64,000 bases of DNA from a virus (Duplodnaviria > Caudoviricetes): positions 1 through 64,000 of the IMG/VR virus record IMGVR_UViG_2600255093_000008, one strand, 5' to 3'. Below, one piece after another: positions 37,440 to 46,927 of the stretch. Position 1 is the first letter of the stretch; each line of letters opens with the position of its first letter. The position numbers were made by a program, and so were the translations under genes. Under the pieces are notes generated by a model. The model was not told the origin of the DNA and searched no databases. It saw nothing but the letters and a program-made list of their open reading frames with translations.

Positions 37440-37555
37440 CGTCTCGATCCTTAACAGGGGTGGAAGTAACCCGGCCGGGACGGACGCACAGCTAACCCAG
37501 TCGCATCCCCCAAACGACCACTGGACCGCCCACGTGTCCCGGCCGGGTGTACGGG

Positions 37556-38371
37556 TTAGCGCGAGGTCGGGCATCGCCCGTTCGCGCAGGATGAACCGGA
37601 GCTGTACGTCACTCCGGGGAACGAGTACGACGTCGCCGGCGAGCACGTGCCGCCGGAGCAACTCACCGCGGGCGAACCGATCGGTTCGAGCTGGGACCAG
37701 GTGCGGCCGCGGTTGTCGCGGTAGGTCACCAGTTGGTAGCTGATTACCGGCGCCGGGGCCTCCACGGGCTTCGGCGCCACGGGCTGTGTTTCGACTTTCG
37801 CGGTCGGGGCTTCAGCGCACGGGCACTTGTCACCACACGCGCACGCAGCTCGGCCGCGGCGAAAGGAGATGGGCTGTTCGTCGCTCCCCTCCTCCGCGCG
37901 GATCTGCCAGTCGGCCGGGGCTGGGGCCGGCATGGGACGAGCGGGAACGTCGCCGATCTTACGGGCCGCTTTCTCAACGGCCTTCTTCACCTCGGTCTCG
38001 GTTCCCTGTCCCGGAATCGTGGTGTCGATCATCAGCTTTTCACCGACCGGGTAACCCACCACGACAGACGGCGCCTTCGCCTCACCGAACGATGGTGCGT
38101 CGCACTTGCACGCGACCGAACCAACGACCGGAACGACGTCGCATCCCACGAACACGACAAGCGGCACCTGGTCGGCGGTCGCGGCCTTGTAGCCAGCCGG
38201 GTAATCCTTCGGGGCCGGCGCCGTCGCTGTTCGCCCACCCTTGGCTTTCGACAGAGCAATCAGGGCTTTGGCCTTATCCGCCTCAGCCAGTTCGCCGGCG
38301 AAGCTCGTGGTGATCGGTCCCAGTGCCAGACACGCGACCAGTGCCACGCGGATTTTCAGAAGACAGGTCAT
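37556..38371 (-). CDS. Signal-peptide protein, Cys/Pro-rich (lysis-module candidate)
   Basis: Signal peptide MTCLLKIRVALVACLALG; PLVVFVGC; Cys-rich C-terminus. Confidence 0.6.
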   Translation of the reverse strand: MTCLLKIRVALVACLALGPITTSFAGELAEADKAKALIALSKAKGGRTATAPAPKDYPAGYKAATADQVPLVVFVGCDVVPVVGSVACKCDAPSFGEAKAPSVVVGYPVGEKLMIDTTIPGQGTETEVKKAVEKAARKIGDVPARPMPAPAPADWQIRAEEGSDEQPISFRRGRAACACGDKCPCAEAPTAKVETQPVAPKPVEAPAPVISYQLVTYRDNRGRTWSQLEPIGSPAVSCSGGTCSPATSYSFPGVTYSSGSSCANGRCPTSR

Positions 38372-38442
38372 CGCGATCTCTTTCAGTGAAAAGAGCGGGC
38401 GAACGAAGGAGCCGGGAACACCCCGGCTCACGGATGAAGGGC

Positions 38443-39678
38443 TTACGGCGCGAGCGGGAATTCCAGGTACCACACGGTGGACGACCGGTTCCCGAACGAA
38501 TCTTGGCTGTGGACCTTCTCGAACAGCGGCAATCGAAGTCGGGGTTCCGCTTTCACGATCTTGCCCCAACCAGACAGCTCCTTTTCCTGCTCAGTGCGGA
38601 TGAACCAGTCCGGGGTGCGGGCCGGGAACCCGGCGACGTCAGCCAGGGCGAAGGAATCCCCCTGAGACACCATGCGTTCGACCACGGAGGCATCGACCCA
38701 GAACGCGGCGCGAGGCGCGTCCTCCGGCCACACGGGGCCACCGTGGGCCTGATCGCCCCACGAATTCAGACACAGCGCCCCGGGCCTGCTCCCGTTGCGC
38801 CAGCCGATGAAACACATGCAGTGCGGCCACGTACCGCGAGGCGAGATGAACCCCTGCGAGTCACGGGTACCCACGCTGCCGTCGCGGTTGTTGAAGCCGA
38901 CATTCGAGCAGACCGGAACCGGATAGCCTTGCATCAGCGCCCGCTTCACGTCGTCAGCGGTGGTAACCAGAGCGGCCCCACGCACCGCGTGTTTCTTCGC
39001 ATCGGCTTCCAGCTCGTCGGGGACACCGGACACGCCCCACTGACGAGCACGCGCGGGAGAGAACGTGGTTAGGTCGTACTTGCCGAGCTTCTCCATCGGG
39101 ATCAGCCCGCCGCGCGATTTCAGCCATTCCGAGGCCCACGCGCCCATCGAGCCGTCGCCACGGATCTGGCCTCGGCCAACCTCGACCCGAGAGCCGGCGT
39201 AGATCGCCTCGACCGCCGCGGCCTTCCACTCGAAGCTCGCTCCGGCCGCGATCGCGGTGGCCTGCACGACGTCCGCGCCGTGTTTAAACCCGCACCCGAC
39301 GCAACAACCTACGCTCTGCTGGTTGACGTTCGGGTACCAGTCCGACCCGCGGCCGTTGACGCCGCGCACCGTGCGATACAGGAACACGTCCTCGTCACCG
39401 AGTGCCGCTTTACCGGCCGGGGTAGTGACGAAGTGGAGCGTTTTTGCCTGGTCCAAATTGGTGCGGATCGTCTCATCGTCCCGCAGCCAGCCCATGCGCG
39501 ACGGCTCGAACTCGTCGAGCTGCGGCACGGGCACGGGCACTTCGATTTTGCGTTCGACCTCGACCGTCTTTGGTGTGGTGAACTGCGTGCCGCCGATCGC
39601 GCCGAGGATGATCGGGATCAGCGTCATCAGGGCTCGCAGGCCCCATTTCTTCAGGCTGCTCTTGGTCTCGTCGGTCAT
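38443..39678 (-). CDS. Papain-like (C1) cysteine peptidase with N-terminal TM; putative lysin
   Basis: NQQSVGCCVG (Gln/Cys), WPHCMCFIG (His), LNSWG (Asn); TM LMTLIPIILGAIGG. Confidence 0.8.
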   Translation of the reverse strand: MTDETKSSLKKWGLRALMTLIPIILGAIGGTQFTTPKTVEVERKIEVPVPVPQLDEFEPSRMGWLRDDETIRTNLDQAKTLHFVTTPAGKAALGDEDVFLYRTVRGVNGRGSDWYPNVNQQSVGCCVGCGFKHGADVVQATAIAAGASFEWKAAAVEAIYAGSRVEVGRGQIRGDGSMGAWASEWLKSRGGLIPMEKLGKYDLTTFSPARARQWGVSGVPDELEADAKKHAVRGAALVTTADDVKRALMQGYPVPVCSNVGFNNRDGSVGTRDSQGFISPRGTWPHCMCFIGWRNGSRPGALCLNSWGDQAHGGPVWPEDAPRAAFWVDASVVERMVSQGDSFALADVAGFPARTPDWFIRTEQEKELSGWGKIVKAEPRLRLPLFEKVHSQDSFGNRSSTVWYLEFPLAP

Positions 39679-39726
39679 GGTGTCCTTTCGATGTCACGGG
39701 CGAATATGTGATCTGAGGGCGGAACC

Positions 39727-39855
39727 TCAGCGGAAGTACCAGAACCCGCCCCGGTCGAACCAACGGTCAAGAACCAGGAACAGCGCAAAGGCCGGGATCA
39801 CGACCCACAGAAAGAACGAGAGCGCCGCGAGCGCGATTCTGTCAGTGGTCTTCAC
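39727..39855 (-). CDS. Small membrane peptide (holin-like position)
   Basis: MKTTDRIALAALSFFLWVVIPAFALFLVLDRWF. Confidence 0.45.
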   Translation of the reverse strand: MKTTDRIALAALSFFLWVVIPAFALFLVLDRWFDRGGFWYFR

Positions 39856-39856
39856 G

Positions 39857-40561
39857 TCACAGCCCTTCGAGGATGGTGGCCAATCGGGTGAACAGCGCGG
39901 CCACAGCGTCACGCTGCGCGCCTGCGAACGCGGCATCGGTGGGGAGCAGCAGAGCCAGTTCCGCGCTCACGGTTTGGCGCACGCCAATAAGGGCATCGCC
40001 GATCATGCTCTTTGCGGTCTCGCGCGCCACGCGCCGGAACTCGTCCGCGGACGGGGACTCGGCCGCTTCTTTGCTCAGCTCCCGGTAGAGCGTGGCGAGA
40101 CTTTTCGCGAGCGCGGCTTTCTTCGCCGGGTCGGTCTCAGGATCTGCGCCGAAGGCTTTCTTGATGCGCTCGGTGAGCGCATCGGGCTTCGGGGGAGTCG
40201 GCCCCGGACCGGGGCCAGGTGGCGCGGGCGGGTCACCGATCACGACGACGACGCGCGCGGGTTTCGAGGGGATGTCACCAACGGCTGTGTACGCGAGCAG
40301 TTCGTAGCGACCGGTGGGGCCGGAGAACAGCAACAACCGCCCGCCATCGACCGGCCGAAGCGACAGGCCCGGGGTGAGAGTGACCCACTCGACGACCTTT
40401 CCCGGCGTCTCTGCTTTGAGATCGGTGATGGTCGCCGGCGGTGCTTTTACCTCGGACGGGAGTTTCAGAGACGGCGTCGCAGGCGCAGGCGGATCTTGCG
40501 CGAGAGCTGAAGACGAGAAAGCAAGCAAAAGCGCGGCAGCAATCAAAATTCGCACGGTCAT
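39857..40561 (-). CDS. Signal-peptide protein with Pro-rich linker
   Basis: MTVRILIAAALLLAFSSSALAQ; PPAPPGPGPGPTPP; GAGGG RBS. Confidence 0.7.
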   Translation of the reverse strand: MTVRILIAAALLLAFSSSALAQDPPAPATPSLKLPSEVKAPPATITDLKAETPGKVVEWVTLTPGLSLRPVDGGRLLLFSGPTGRYELLAYTAVGDIPSKPARVVVVIGDPPAPPGPGPGPTPPKPDALTERIKKAFGADPETDPAKKAALAKSLATLYRELSKEAAESPSADEFRRVARETAKSMIGDALIGVRQTVSAELALLLPTDAAFAGAQRDAVAALFTRLATILEGL

Positions 40562-40575
40562 CCCTCTGGGGTGAT

Positions 40576-40591
40576 GACCGGCTAATGGCAC
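40576..40591 (-). promoter_or_regulatory. Prophage B late motif copy 1 (GTGCCATTAGCCGGTC)
   Basis: 14 nt upstream of ATG 40561, with a separate RBS in between. Confidence 0.75.
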
Positions 40592-40597
40592 GGCGTG

Positions 40598-40999
40598 TCA
40601 GTCCGGCAGCGTAGGTGTGACAGTCAACCAGGTTGCGGGCACGAGCTGAACTCGCCCCGCGATCCCGCCCGCGGCGACAACATCGACCGCGTAGCGACGG
40701 AACCCGGCGCCGGCCGGGACGGTGACACTGAAGGCCAGTGTGGTCGCGTCTGCTACCGCGCCGACGGCCGTGGCGCTCACGGGCCAGCCGTCGGCGCGCG
40801 GATCGGTCGCCTTGTACTGGTCAGATCCCGACCGGCCGTTGCGATCGGAGTCCCACAGTGGATCAGCGCGCACCGTCAGAGTGATGGTGCCGTAGTCCGT
40901 GAGCGACAGGCCCGAACGGAGCGTACATTCCACTCGCACGGTCTGTGTCTGGAGGGCCGGCCAGGAGAGCACCGGTGCTTCGCGGATCTGCGATGGCAT
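40598..40999 (-). CDS. BppU N-terminal-like virion protein
   Basis: GTITLTV...FSVTVP...YAVDV...QLV pattern. Confidence 0.5.
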   Translation of the reverse strand: MPSQIREAPVLSWPALQTQTVRVECTLRSGLSLTDYGTITLTVRADPLWDSDRNGRSGSDQYKATDPRADGWPVSATAVGAVADATTLAFSVTVPAGAGFRRYAVDVVAAGGIAGRVQLVPATWLTVTPTLPD

Positions 41000-41002
41000 G
41001 GC

Positions 41003-41608
41003 TCAGCACTCCAGGTCCGCCGTGAATGTCGTGACGCTGCGGTCGGCGCCGGTCAGGGTGACCACGGATCGATCGGCGCCCGTCATACAGACGGCGACGC
41101 CGTCCGTCGGCACAACGGGAACCACATACCGGGTCGGCCGCAGTAGAACGCTTGCCCGGGAGACGAACGGGCGCACGAACGCGCCCCGGGCCACGAGCAC
41201 GGGGAACTGCCGACGAGTTGCCGGAGCTGCACTGCGAGCTGGCACACGCAGCACCTGGCCGCGGACATGAACCGGTGCCGTGCGGAGCGCGCGAGCGACT
41301 AGGACGGCCGGGGGCCGTTTCGTCGGCGGAGCCACGATCGCTCGCGTGGGACGACCCACGATCGCTCGGCCGAGAACAGGCGCGATGCGCCGGGGCGCGG
41401 CCACGAGCACTGCGGGTGGACGCTTTGCAACGACCTGCGCCGCGGGCTTCGAGGGCCGGCCGACTGTCCCGCGGCCGACGAGCTGCCGGCGAACCTGTGC
41501 CACGACGATCGGGCGCACCGGGGGCCGCGCCGAAACGACGTTAGCCGCTCGCTGGGGCGAACCAACGAACGGCTTGCGGCGCCGGACTCCGGTGATGATC
41601 GTCGGCAC
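41003..41608 (-). CDS. Arg/Pro/Val-rich repetitive virion-region protein
   Basis: Repeated RPP-VLVA units; in-operon spacing. Confidence 0.55.
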   Translation of the reverse strand: MPTIITGVRRRKPFVGSPQRAANVVSARPPVRPIVVAQVRRQLVGRGTVGRPSKPAAQVVAKRPPAVLVAAPRRIAPVLGRAIVGRPTRAIVAPPTKRPPAVLVARALRTAPVHVRGQVLRVPARSAAPATRRQFPVLVARGAFVRPFVSRASVLLRPTRYVVPVVPTDGVAVCMTGADRSVVTLTGADRSVTTFTADLEC

Positions 41609-41610
41609 GA

Positions 41611-42069
41611 TTACTCTTCGTAGGTGACCTGCGCGGCCACGGTCGGCGTCCCCGTCGAGGTCGCTTCAATGTTCAGTGCCGCGCCGCCCGGGATACGGAT
41701 CTCCATACCGGGGGGGAGGAACTCGATAATCCCCGATTGGTCGGGAACCTCATACAAGAGGCCCGTGTCGGTCGGCGTGGTCGGCTCCACGGTCGCGTTG
41801 CTGCCCGCGGTCGCCTGCAACGTCTCAGAATCGGACGTGTCATTCTTGCCCGGCGTCGCCGCGGAGAACGTCCCGAAGTTCGCGGTCGATCGCGTCAGCC
41901 GGACCTTGACCGGCACGCCCGTCCCGCCGGCCGCCGCCTTGCCGAACAATCGGATACTCTTCACGAGAACCCGCTGATTCGCCGGCGCCTTGATTTGAAG
42001 GATCGTCTTCGCGGTGTTCGCCACGAGCGCGACCTCACCGCTGTTCACGTGCGCTACGATGCCGGCCAT
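41611..42069 (-). CDS. Virion-region hypothetical protein
   Basis: In-operon ORF. Confidence 0.6.
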   Translation of the reverse strand: MAGIVAHVNSGEVALVANTAKTILQIKAPANQRVLVKSIRLFGKAAAGGTGVPVKVRLTRSTANFGTFSAATPGKNDTSDSETLQATAGSNATVEPTTPTDTGLLYEVPDQSGIIEFLPPGMEIRIPGGAALNIEATSTGTPTVAAQVTYEE

Positions 42070-42071
42070 CG

Positions 42072-43268
42072 TTACCCCACAAGTTGCCAGGTGTTGGGCG
42101 TGAGTACCCGCGGCGGACCGCCCACCGTCCCGCCGCCGCTGTCCGCGTGTTGGAGCGCGCCCACGTCGCGATTGTTCGTGATCCCGGACGGGAACACGGC
42201 CGGGAAGCCCTTGCCCCGGAGCAGCGCCCCGCCTCCGGCCACGTTGTTCAAACTGAAGTCACGCGCGGCCCGGTTCACGAACGGGTCCGCGGTCAGGGTG
42301 AAATCCCCGAACCCGGCGCCCATGCCCGTGTATGCCCCCGACGTGTACGAGCCGTAAGCGTTGTTCCGCAGCACGCGCACTTGCGACATCACGTAAGTTT
42401 GGGTCAGCGCCGTGTTCTCGATCCCGTACCCGATCGCGTAGAAAATGCTGTTCTCGATTTCGAGCGCGATCGTGCTCGTGGTCGTCCCGGTCTTGATCGC
42501 GCTCCCGGTGATGTCCACCCATATCGAGTCCCGCGAGATGATCGTGACCGGGGTGGCGGCGCTGGTGTTCGCGTTGATCCCCGCCGCGAGTCCGTCAATG
42601 ATCGACTTCACCACCTCGAACGTGTACCCGATCCCGAACGACCCGCCGCGGGACAATTCCGAAGACGGGCAATCGTGGATGTCGCACCCGAACAGCTTAA
42701 TGAAGCCCCCGTTCGATCCCGGGAACAGGCTCGCCGTCGTGGTGCAGTTGAGCACCTCGCAGTTCTCCCAGACCCAGAACACGGACGCGATGTTCGCGTT
42801 AATGGGGGCGAGGCACCCGTCTACCACGACATCCCGGCACACCAACGGGGAACTGGCCGAGGTCGCCAGGCTGAACGCGCCGCCCTTCGTCGTGGGGTGC
42901 GTCTGCGTGAACCGCAAGTGCGTGAACTCGAAGAAGTCGTTGTCGTTGAGGGCGAACACGTTCCCGCCCGATTGCGAGCACGAGAACGTGGGGCGCCCGT
43001 CTCTTGCTCCGGGCGTCGTCGTGTACCCCTCGATCACGTTCACGCCGTTGGTCGTGTCCCCCTTGAGCGCGGCCGGGAACGTGACCGCGGACGCCTTGGC
43101 GTAGTCGGTCCCGGTGGCGCGCACCCAGATCCGGTTCCCGCCCCCGGTGATCGCGGCGAGCGCGGTGTCGAGGTCCGCGTAAGCCCCGGTCGAACCCGAT
43201 CCCGGGTTGTCCCCAGTGTTCGTGTTCAGCCCGAGCACGTTGTCCACGTATTTGTTCGCGTTCGCCAC
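42072..43268 (-). CDS. Beta-helix (pectin-lyase-like) tail spike/receptor-binding candidate
   Basis: Asn/Ser/Thr/Gly-rich beta-repeat character; DPFVN...DFSL...GGALLRG...DVGA C-terminus. Confidence 0.6.
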   Translation of the reverse strand: MANANKYVDNVLGLNTNTGDNPGSGSTGAYADLDTALAAITGGGNRIWVRATGTDYAKASAVTFPAALKGDTTNGVNVIEGYTTTPGARDGRPTFSCSQSGGNVFALNDNDFFEFTHLRFTQTHPTTKGGAFSLATSASSPLVCRDVVVDGCLAPINANIASVFWVWENCEVLNCTTTASLFPGSNGGFIKLFGCDIHDCPSSELSRGGSFGIGYTFEVVKSIIDGLAAGINANTSAATPVTIISRDSIWVDITGSAIKTGTTTSTIALEIENSIFYAIGYGIENTALTQTYVMSQVRVLRNNAYGSYTSGAYTGMGAGFGDFTLTADPFVNRAARDFSLNNVAGGGALLRGKGFPAVFPSGITNNRDVGALQHADSGGGTVGGPPRVLTPNTWQLVG

Positions 43269-43271
43269 GGT

Positions 43272-43649
43272 TCAGCCCACCGGGTTGGGACGGGGGTTGA
43301 CCGCGATCTTCCGGACCAGTGGCCCCAACTGGTCGTTCGCCGCGATCATCTGCCGGACCACCACGAGCACGCGCAGGAACGCGATCACGTCGTGGTTCGT
43401 GAGGAGACTTCGGGCGCCGGCGTCGCTCCCGGTGATGCCCTGCGCGGCCCCGAGCGCGGTGTAATCGCTCGCGTCCCACGGCTCGTCGCGGAGGAGTTCC
43501 GCGTCCGTGGTCCCGAGGGCCGCGGCAAGGCCCTGGCCAACGACCGCGTCAAGTGCCGCCGTCGGCACCGTGAGTACCCCGGCGAGCAGGTCCGCGGTCG
43601 CCCGCACCGTCTCATTGGTGAGCTTCAGAAGTACCGGGTTGTCGATCAT
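43272..43649 (-). CDS. Hypothetical virion-region protein
   Basis: ATG 43649 MIDNPVLLK. Confidence 0.55.
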   Translation of the reverse strand: MIDNPVLLKLTNETVRATADLLAGVLTVPTAALDAVVGQGLAAALGTTDAELLRDEPWDASDYTALGAAQGITGSDAGARSLLTNHDVIAFLRVLVVVRQMIAANDQLGPLVRKIAVNPRPNPVG

Positions 43650-43878
43650 TGCCCGTGCCCTCCACCTTCGCGACCTTCTGCCACCCGATCTTTTTTGCGA
43701 CGCGGAGGCACTCGACGTAGCTCGGGAACCGCACCCCGGCTTCGCGCTTGTATCTCTCGATCGCCGCGAGGAACTCTTCCTCGTCCGCGTCATACTCGCT
43801 TCCGGGGAACGTCCCCTCGTGGCTCACGAGCTGGGGGATCGCGCCCCCTTTCCGCTTCTTGGGGAGGAGCTTCCTCAT
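43612..43878 (-). CDS. Small conserved-looking protein (EFLAAIERYKREAGVRFPSYVECL)
   Basis: ATG directly after the late motif. Confidence 0.65.
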   Translation of the reverse strand: MRKLLPKKRKGGAIPQLVSHEGTFPGSEYDADEEEFLAAIERYKREAGVRFPSYVECLRVAKKIGWQKVAKVEGTGNDRQPGTSEAHQ

Positions 43879-43894
43879 GACCGGCCAATGGCAC
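43879..43894 (-). promoter_or_regulatory. Late motif copy 2 (GTGCCATTGGCCGGTC-ATG)
   Basis: Abuts ATG 43878. Confidence 0.8.
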
Positions 43895-43899
43895 GCGAC

Positions 43900-44496
43900 T
43901 CAGGCCGCCCACGGGCGAACCCGACAGATCACGTCCTCGCACCACACCGGCCCATCGGGGTACTGCGCGCACGTGGTCGCCGCGAAGTCGCAATCCCCGA
44001 CGTACCGCATCCCGTAGCGCCCGAGCTTCTCCGGGTCGTTGGGAAAGACCAGGCACGGGGTGCCGAGGTTTCCGACTCGCAACACGGGTTCACCCGGTCG
44101 CCAGATGAGCGGGGCCGTCGGGTGCCCGCTCATGCGGAAGATGTGAGGCCGGTCGGGTGCGAGTCGCAGGGCCGCGCGAGCCGTGGCGATCGCGTCCGGG
44201 GTGTACTCGTCGTCGTCGTCCAGGGCCATAACGTGCGTGCCGGTGGCCTGTCGGCTGTCGAGCACCCAGTTGCGCGCGTGGTGCCCCCACGTGCCCGTTG
44301 TGCCCGTGTGCTCGATGTATCGCCCGGGAAGGCCCATCTGTCCGAACAGTTCGGCCGCGATCGGCTGCGGTCCGTCGCCCACCAGGAGCACTTCGTCGCC
44401 CGGCTCCCACGCTTGAACGCGGAGCGAGCGCAGGGTGCGGGCCAGCGTGGGGCGGGAGATCGTTGCGATCACGAGCGAAAGCCGAACCTCAGCCAT
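43900..44496 (-). CDS. Glycosyltransferase family 2
   Basis: SLVIATISRPTLARTLRS, EVLLVGDG, HVMALDDDD, YVGDCDF. Confidence 0.88.
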   Translation of the reverse strand: MAEVRLSLVIATISRPTLARTLRSLRVQAWEPGDEVLLVGDGPQPIAAELFGQMGLPGRYIEHTGTTGTWGHHARNWVLDSRQATGTHVMALDDDDEYTPDAIATARAALRLAPDRPHIFRMSGHPTAPLIWRPGEPVLRVGNLGTPCLVFPNDPEKLGRYGMRYVGDCDFAATTCAQYPDGPVWCEDVICRVRPWAA

Positions 44497-45574
44497 GCTT
44501 GTACAGCCCCTTCGCGAAGTCGTCTTCCCAGCCCGCGCACGTGAAGTCGTCTGGTAGCGTCACCCCGAAGCGATTCGCGAACGTGCGGTAGTCGTCCACC
44601 GTGCTGGAGTGGTGCCACAGAAACGCGCCGGACTGCTCGCGCGCCACCGGTATCAGCTCCCACGGCCAATAAGCCCCGCCGAGGTGGTCGCGGATCAGTT
44701 CCGCAATCAGCATCTCGGCGTCGTACCCCTTCTCGCGCTCGAAGTAAAATGGGCGCGGCCGGTAGAACTCCAGAGCGCTCGGTTCGGTCCAGTCCGTGAC
44801 CCGCATGAGCACGATCTCGGTGCGGATCGGCCAGCGCGGGTTGTCACACGTCCGAGCCGCGGTCGCCAGGTCCGCCAGGGCTAGCGCCTTGGCCCCATCT
44901 TGGAGCCAATACCCGCCGGTTGGGATGAACCGCTGGGACAGCTTGCAGACGAATTCCAGCCCGCGTTCCTGCCCCCACTTGGCGCCCTTCCAGAATGCCG
45001 CGATGTCGCCTCCGCCGTGCCCAATGCGCTCCGGGTTCGTGCTCAGTTCCACGTTTGGATACCGGGCGCAGATGCGTTCCAGATCCGCGTGTATCCGCAG
45101 GTCGTCGTTGGAGATCAGCACCGGGACCGGGCCGCACGACTCGCGCACGGCCCGGATCTGCACCTCGGCGAGCGCGGCCCACTTGTACACGCCCACGACG
45201 ACCCCACACGCGGGGTCTCCGGCGCGGGGAATATTCGATGGAATAATTGCGGCCGCTTTTGCCCGGGGCGCGTCCGGGTGATGCTCGCACGTGGCGCACG
45301 TCCACAGCCCGGACAGCGGGTTCCCGCGCGTGCAGCGCCCGTCGGTGTTGTCCGGGTGATCGCAGTAGTACGTGCGCCGTGCCTCGTTCGGACCCGCGCA
45401 CGTGCTGCACTCGGCCACCAACTCGCCTTGCAAGGGGCACGGCGAGCGGAGCACGGGCAACGACACCCCCACCGCGCCGGCCCGGACCCGCCCCGCGTGC
45501 TCCGGGTACCGCTTGCTCACGCCCCGGGCCTTGCGGTCCGCGGTCCGCGCCTGGACCTCGTCGAACTTGGTCAC
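44489..45574 (-). CDS. Cys-rich N-terminal domain fused to a GT-A-like glycosyltransferase domain
   Basis: CSTC...YCDH...CATC; VVVGVY...VLISNDD. Confidence 0.6.
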   Translation of the reverse strand: MTKFDEVQARTADRKARGVSKRYPEHAGRVRAGAVGVSLPVLRSPCPLQGELVAECSTCAGPNEARRTYYCDHPDNTDGRCTRGNPLSGLWTCATCEHHPDAPRAKAAAIIPSNIPRAGDPACGVVVGVYKWAALAEVQIRAVRESCGPVPVLISNDDLRIHADLERICARYPNVELSTNPERIGHGGGDIAAFWKGAKWGQERGLEFVCKLSQRFIPTGGYWLQDGAKALALADLATAARTCDNPRWPIRTEIVLMRVTDWTEPSALEFYRPRPFYFEREKGYDAEMLIAELIRDHLGGAYWPWELIPVAREQSGAFLWHHSSTVDDYRTFANRFGVTLPDDFTCAGWEDDFAKGLYKHG

Positions 45575-46821
45575 GGGATGTCCTCCGGGCACAATTGCTC
45601 CTCGTTGAAGCAGTTGCAGATCCCCGTGAACCACGACGGCTCACCCGTGAGCGGCCCGTCCACCGTCGCCGTGAACTCGATGTAAATGATCCGGTTCACC
45701 AGGAAGTCAAAAGGCGGTATCGAGATACACGTGCGGGGGCTGTTGAACACGAACTGTGTCATTCCCGTGCAGCCCTTCGACGGGCCGTACCAGACGTTCA
45801 CGATCCCGGTCCCGTTGATCGTCAGGCAGTTCGTCACGCTCGGCGGGGAACTGCTGGCGATCCGATCGTACACGTGCCAGGCCACGTCCCCGGCCTTCAT
45901 GTCCGAGGGGAGTGCCCAGCTCGTGCAGCACGGGAGCCCCATGTTCGGGGGGCACGCGCTACAGTGCTCCTCGGCCTCCTCCTCGCTCTCCCACGGCCCG
46001 CCCGATTGCACGTCTAGCTCGCCCGAGCACGCTTCACCCACTTCCAGTTCCAGGGGGGTGTACGGCGTCCCCGGGTCCGAGTTCTTCGGGCGCGTGCAGT
46101 ACCATCCGGCCGGGCAGCTCGCGCACACCTTCACGTACAGCACCCGCGAGCACACGTCGTCCGGGTCGTCCACGAAGTCCGGGTAAAAGACCTTGCGGCG
46201 GAACGCGAACGTGACGCACGGGCACACCGAGCAGTCCTTGCGGCCAACGATATCGACCGCTGACGGCAGCCCCGAATTGAGTTTGAGCGACGGGACGGCC
46301 GGATCGAACGTGATCGTATACGCGACACCGTTGATCGTGATTCCCTGATGGATCTCGACCGCCGGTGCGGTGCCCCCGACTTCTTGAATCGTCCAGTAAT
46401 CGTCCGGCAGAGCGGCCACAAGCCAGCCGTCGCCGTTGCAATCGAGGCCGCTACCACCAGAACCGTCACGGTACTCGAACGCCAGCCCCGGAGCTGAACG
46501 GAGCGGCCTGAGCCACACTTTTGCGGTGCCATCGGTCGGTACGTCGGTGCGGCCGGTTACCTCGTAGGCCGCGAGCAGCGTCCCGTCGCCCACTTCAGGT
46601 GCGCCGTCCAGCTCGGGGAACGTGGTCGGATCGCCGTCGTCCAGGCGGGCGAACCCGTAAGCGTTTCCGGTTGCGTGCGAGGTGATGACGGCCCAAAAAC
46701 CGCGCGGGCTCCAATCTTCGATGGTCAGCGCGGTCAGGCCGTTATCGGGCGGCCGCCCGGAGACCGCAAGATTTCCGGAACCAGTCACAGATTCGGCGGG
46801 TGAGCTTCGCACCGGGTACAT
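45571..46821 (-). CDS. Cys-rich tail tip/host-specificity protein
   Basis: AYEVTGRTDVPTDGTAKVWL; about 19 Cys; ATG directly after the late motif. Confidence 0.6.
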   Translation of the reverse strand: MYPVRSSPAESVTGSGNLAVSGRPPDNGLTALTIEDWSPRGFWAVITSHATGNAYGFARLDDGDPTTFPELDGAPEVGDGTLLAAYEVTGRTDVPTDGTAKVWLRPLRSAPGLAFEYRDGSGGSGLDCNGDGWLVAALPDDYWTIQEVGGTAPAVEIHQGITINGVAYTITFDPAVPSLKLNSGLPSAVDIVGRKDCSVCPCVTFAFRRKVFYPDFVDDPDDVCSRVLYVKVCASCPAGWYCTRPKNSDPGTPYTPLELEVGEACSGELDVQSGGPWESEEEAEEHCSACPPNMGLPCCTSWALPSDMKAGDVAWHVYDRIASSSPPSVTNCLTINGTGIVNVWYGPSKGCTGMTQFVFNSPRTCISIPPFDFLVNRIIYIEFTATVDGPLTGEPSWFTGICNCFNEEQLCPEDIP

Positions 46822-46837
46822 GACCGGCAAATGGCAC
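46822..46837 (-). promoter_or_regulatory. Late motif copy 3 (GTGCCATTTGCCGGTC-ATG)
   Basis: Abuts ATG 46821. Confidence 0.8.
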
Positions 46838-46927
46838 CGGCTTTAGCCGCTGTGAACTCGCGCCCACTTTTCCAGCGCCCGTACACGCGGGTACCTTTAG
46901 TACCCTGGCTTAAAAGTGTAACGGCGC

